Part shown: piece by piece, positions 58,956 to 64,000 of the stretch
How the letters are laid out: each line of letters starts with the position of its first letter
Numbering within the stretch: the first letter of the stretch is position 1
Assembly (NCBI RefSeq): GCF_036321535.1
Contig: NC_087454.1
Coordinates: 28,396,001-28,460,000 of the forward strand
From: Camelus dromedarius
Lineage: Eukaryota
DNA length: 64,000 bases
Reading direction: 5' to 3'
Translations under genes and position numbers: made by a program
Notes under the pieces: model-generated
The model's database searches: none
What the model was told of the DNA's origin: nothing
Seen by the model: the letters and a program-made list of their open reading frames with translations, nothing else

Positions 58956-61900
58956 TGAGCGTGGCCCTTTTCCTCGCGCCTCCGCCTTGGGGCCTGCGCG
59001 GAGCTCTGGGAGGGGCCCGAGCCAGGCCCGGGACAGCCCCAGACTGACCCTCCCGTCCGGCCCCCGGAGGACTCCCAGGGCCAGCCCTCCGCCCCCGCTG
59101 CTGGTCGCACCCCTAGCCTGTGCCGCAGCTGGGAAATCTCTCACCCTTTGCCCAGGATGGAGTCCCCCCACATGCACCTCCCTCCCCTCCTCCGTGCACC
59201 GACCCCTGGCCCAGGGTAACCTCCTCCCTCCTGATCCTGCCTCACTCCCAGGTCACTCCCCTGCTTTTTCTCCCCCCATCACCTCCCCATCCCCCACCCG
59301 TTTGCCGTTTGGGACAGCCCTTCTTCTGAGACAGCACCTCCCTCCAAAACTGACCACCCCCCTCCCCAACCCCGCGCAGCCCCTTCTCTTCCCTCCTCCT
59401 CTCACCCGCCTGGGCCTGGGCCTGCTTTCTCCACCGTCCCTACAGCCCCTTCTCCCTCCCCGCCAAGCTCCTTGACCTAGAACGGCTCTGCTTTCTCTCT
59501 CCTACACCGAATCTGGCCTAGGCCCCTCCCTCTAGTTCTTCCTTAACACACAAACTTGTAAGCCAGGACTGAGCCCTTCCTTCTGCCGATGGAATCTCAG
59601 AACGTCAGTGTGTCTGAGCGCATTCAGTGCAATCCCTAGTGATACAGATGAGGAGACTGAGGCCCCGACAAGGGGACAGGGGAAGGGACTTGGCCAAGGT
59701 CACACAGCCTGCTGGAGGCCCAGCTGTAACATCAGATTTCCTGACTTAATGGCCTCTTTTGTACCAAAGCCCCTCTAACAGGCATCAACCCACTCCCAGG
59801 TTAATCCTAAACCGGTCACCTTTCCTAATCTGCGCAGACTCCTCCTCTTATTCCTAATCTGAGGATAACCTTTGTATTTTTCCTTTTCCAGCGCTGGGTT
59901 TCTCTCTTTCCTGGGCCACAACATCCTTAAATTGGGATTCTGCCCTCACTATCAGATTAGTTTTTCTTCTTACCCCACAGGGCAGCAACCTCTGGACACC
60001 CTTGCCTTTGTCCTGGTGTCCTGACACAGACTGTCTCTGAATGTTGTTGCCTTCTTTCACCTTCCTCTTCTACCTCCGAACCGCCTTCCCCTCTTCGTCC
60101 CTGTCTTTCTCTACCCTCTATTTCCTGCTGTTGCTGAGGTCTGACTCAGAGGTGTGGTTCCTTTGAGGTACAGACTCACACAGAGGATGCTAGGATACCA
60201 GTTCCAGCCTCCGCCAGCTTCTCCTCTCCTAGGGCTGGCCCCTTATGGTGGGCGCTGGCTCTGGCCTGGTGTTCTGCACACCCACTTTATGACCCCGTGG
60301 TGTCTTGCTTTCATTTGCCTTCTGATTGGCTGGGTTGCTGGGCTGCCGTCTCTGACCTTATCAATTAAAGTGTTTATCTGGGGGCTGTTGTAAGTTTGCC
60401 AGGAAGCTCTGATTCTGGATTGTCCCCATAACCTCTCAGGGCCTAAAGTTCTGAGTGTCGGGTTGGTGATGGTGTAGCAAGCACAGAACTTCCTGGGGTG
60501 CTGTGCTAGGCGGGTTTGTGTGCCCTCCCCGGGCTCCATGTCCTTGGGGACTGGGCATGCTGAGGTGGTTTGGGCAGCTTAGCTGTGGATGATGCACATA
60601 CAGATCAGCCACATCAAGGGCTGGGGGGCTCCTTCCAGGAGTGTGGAAGGCATGGAATTTCTAGGAAAGCTGCGGAGGTTCCGCACCTATCTGTAGTTTT
60701 TCATCTGATAGAACAGATACTGCCCCATCCACAGAAAGCCTTTCTCTACTAGAGGATTGAGAAGAAGAAAAATTCTTAGTCTTGCTAGGACTACAGGTGT
60801 AAATGTTTGGTTGGGAAACAGTATTGGAAGGATTGGGGTGCATGGGGCCAGGCATCTCTGATCCCCTTGAAGGTTTAACTCTGTTTTTGATTTCTAGTTG
60901 CACTTGGCCTCCTTCAGTGGTCGACAAGTCCTGACAATGTGACTGGGGTTTGCCGGGGTGGGGTGGGGGCAAAGAGGAGGGGGGATGGAGGATCTGTATT
61001 GCTTATCCGTCACCCCTCCCCTTTCTCCTTTGTCTCTGCTGGTCCCGTTCCTTGCCAAACCTCACAGCCTCCTCCCTGAAGACCATCCTGAACCCCCAGT
61101 TGGGGGTGAGCTCTCTCTCCTCTCCTGAATTTGCAGAACACTTGGTAGGTCACTTATGGCCCTTTTGTGTTCCTTTGGACTGGAATTAATTTAAGACAGG
61201 TCTTTTCTTCACCCTTGAGATAATAACTAAGCTCCATTTTGGTTTGGCATCTCTCTTGCACACAGTAGGCACTTAATGGATGGGTGAAAAGTCAGTCTTT
61301 GCGAGTATTTGCATCCTTCTTCCCACATGTTCTAATCTGGGACTTCTCTCTTTTAAGTTCCTGGGTGGGGTGCCCCTGTCCCCTCCTGCTTTCTTCTTGT
61401 TCATAATAATAGTAATGACATTGACTGACATTAAGGTTTTCACGTGCCAGACACTGTGCTAAAGGGAATTAGGGACTATGATTGTCAGCACTCAATAGAA
61501 TAGGAAACTGTAGCTTGGTGAGAGTAGTTGACTCGCCCATGCTTACCTAGCAAGTAAGAGTTGGGCCTGGACCACCGGACTGTCTCCATACCACAAGGCT
61601 GTGCACCTGATGATGGGCTGGGCTGAAATGTGTGCATGTCACCTGTTCTGCAGGAGCCAGGGAGCAGGGGTGGCGGGCCTGGTTTCCCCATGCCTCCACA
61701 CACCTACACACACCCAGGCAGCCGGGATTTCTCTTTGACACGTTCCCTGAGAGATGTGTCTGAGTGCTGTAGGGTGGGTGGAGGAGTACAAAAAGGAATG
61801 AGGAGCTTATGATCACATAGAGAGATGAGGTGTGTGTGCAGATGGGTCAGCTTTGTCCGAGAGGCCCACGTCTGGGGTGTGTGTGCAGATGGTCACCTAG

Positions 61901-63627
61901 GTGTTGCATCCTGCCCTCACCCCCCTCATCCTTTTCCCCTCCACCCACCACTCTGCACCGCTCCCTGGCCCCTTGGCAAGCAATGAGTGTGCCCAGCCTG
62001 GGCGGTGGGCACTGGGAGCGCGCTCAGCCCACTGTGAGGGGCCCTGCGGGTGTGACTGCCTTGGGCTGCTCCACGCCTGGGAGTGGCTTTCTGCCTCCCC
62101 GCCCCCGGACTCCAGCCCACAGGAAGCTCTCTCCTCCCCGAAATCCTTTTGCCCTCATTGTCACAAATACTTGATTTAACACTTCTTACTGAAGGGGCTC
62201 AGGTGCTGTCAAGTCACAGAACCTCAGAGCTGGAAGTGATTTCCAAGGTCCTCCAACCCGATCTTCATTTAAGGCTTGAGTCCCTTGTGCGCCGTGCCTC
62301 GGCAGGGTGAGGGTGACTTGAATGCACCTCTGCTTGAATACTCTCAGGATTGGGGGACTCACAGCCTCACCAGGCAGCTGCTTTCTGTGCAGCTGCTCCT
62401 GGAGAAAAGTCTTCCTCTTTTGGAGCCTCAGTCTCTTCCTGCCCTTTCAGCCTGGCTCTTGGGCCTCTGGATCCACACAGAACAAGTTGCATCTTTAGTC
62501 CACATGACAGCCGTTCATTTATTTGTAAAGATCTCTCTTGCTACCCCACCCGCCGTGACTCCTCCTTCCATTGTTAACTCTCCCAGTTCCTGCAGCTGTT
62601 GCTCTCAGGACATGCTTTTGAATCTACTCCCAGTATGGGTTGTATTTCTCCCGAAGAAAACCTAGCATGTGTCTTTGTCCCTCCCAATGTCTGATGCTCC
62701 CCGACTGAACCAGATCATCCAGAATGGCCCCATCAGTGCCAAGGATGGGGCGGTTCTGTGTCCCCCAGAGCCAACTACTCTGCACAGTTCTGTTAACTGG
62801 ACAGCAGGTCGCGTGAGCTGCCGTGACAGCCACAGCACATGGGTGATTTGTGTTGAGCTTGTAGGGAGACCTAAATCCCCAAGTATTTTTCACATTTTCC
62901 CCATCCTTTCCCTGGGCAGTTGCTTTTTTTTGGCCGGAAGGATAGGAAGAGATGCTGGGCAGGTCAGTGCTCTGAGCCAGTGGCCTGGTTCCTGAGGGAG
63001 ACTTCGGACTAGTGCTCACTTTTTGTAGCCATTCAGGGCTCCCCCCGTCCCTGTCTCTGCGCTTGTCTGCCGAGGCACTCTTGGGCCAATCCTGTACCTG
63101 TTGTCATCCCTGGGCCCCCCTGATTATGCCAGTAGCACTTTCTAGTCTGGGTGCCATTTGTGACATCCAAAAATGGTATTCCAGGTCTTTGCAGGTGGCC
63201 TTGAGGGTAGAATGGTGACTCCCTCCCCTCCAGCATGAGAACCTCAAGCCCCCTCTGCCCGATTTAGCCAGAAACCAGTCAGAGCAGCTCATTCTGTGAT
63301 ACTTTTCCCTTAAGACTCCTCACCCTGGTTCTTGCTTGACATACACCAGCCTTGTGAGGCAACAGAGCATGGTCATGCTGAATTGTCGTGTCTTAGAGAC
63401 GTCTTCCTAACCAGATTCTAAACTCCTTGGCACCTTGGAGGGACTGAGTCTCCTTGTGTGTTCCCTAACTCCCATCCCCACTGCCTCAGGTTCAAGTTAG
63501 GAGCTCAGTGGTTCTGACTGATGGACTGATTCAGTTGACGGAGGAGAATTACAACAAATACCTAAGGGATGTGGATAAGGCTCTCCCTTGCCCAGCATCT
63601 GCTAACTCTTCCCTCATCTCCCTGCAG

Positions 63628-63705
63628 GAGCCTCCCAAGCTTGCCAAAGGCACGGCCAAGCCCAGCAGCTCGGGCAAAGATGGTGGAGGCGAGAGCACTG
63701 AAGAG
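63628..63705 (+). CDS. PPP2R5D: PP2A B56-delta regulatory subunit, coding exon 2 (partial gene; continues beyond the window)
   Basis: cctgcag|GAG...GAG|gtaatg, 78 nt, [26 protein letters not shown], matching recalled human exon 2. Syntenic head-to-head with PEX6. Confidence 0.92.
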
Positions 63706-64000
63706 GTAATGAACTTGGGCACAGCCTTAGTTACAGTGCAGGTGCGCTCCAGCTCTTCATGGCCAGTGGGGTGAGGGATCCCAGGGGGCCAGAGGTTATC
63801 CGGGCAGAAGGGAAAGAGGCTTTCATAGCCAGGGAGGGGCCTGGACAGCCCGTCCAGACTGCCCTCCGGCAGGCTTTCCCTTTGGCTGCTATGGACCAAA
63901 TAAGCCCTCCAGTTCTTCCCACTTCCCAGCGACTCCTGTGAAAGTCGATTCTCTGCCTACCAACTTGGAGTGTTGAGAATTCCTTCCCTCTTAGGGCAAA

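Overview
Mammalian genomic DNA, almost certainly camelid, judged from seven Vic-1-type tRNA-derived SINE copies. It is syntenic with human 6p21.1. Gene order is C6orf226 (-), PTCRA (+, 4 exons), CNPY3 (+, 6 exons), GNMT (+, 6 exons, 295 aa), PEX6 (-, 17 exons, 980 aa) and the 5' end of PPP2R5D (+; exon 1 lies in an assembly gap, exon 2 is visible). I traced the exon boundaries by hand; all are GT-AG and phase-consistent. The first 17 kb is mostly retroelements: a decayed two-LTR class I ERV (-) with a tRNA-Ser PBS and env remnants, nested solo LTRs, a TSD-flanked L1 with an apparent 3' transduction, and MER21-like and MLT/ERVL elements. Main leads: (1) a phase-consistent chain of small exon-like blocks on the minus strand between CNPY3 and GNMT, a candidate lost or unannotated gene; (2) an apparent 1-nt frameshift in the PTCRA cytoplasmic tail; (3) the L1 3' transduction; (4) a cryptic phase-0 exon in PPP2R5D intron 1; (5) interlocked GNMT/PEX6 3' ends. 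I found no CRISPR arrays, rRNA or genuine tRNA genes. Gene and repeat family names come from recognising the sequence from memory, not from database searches.
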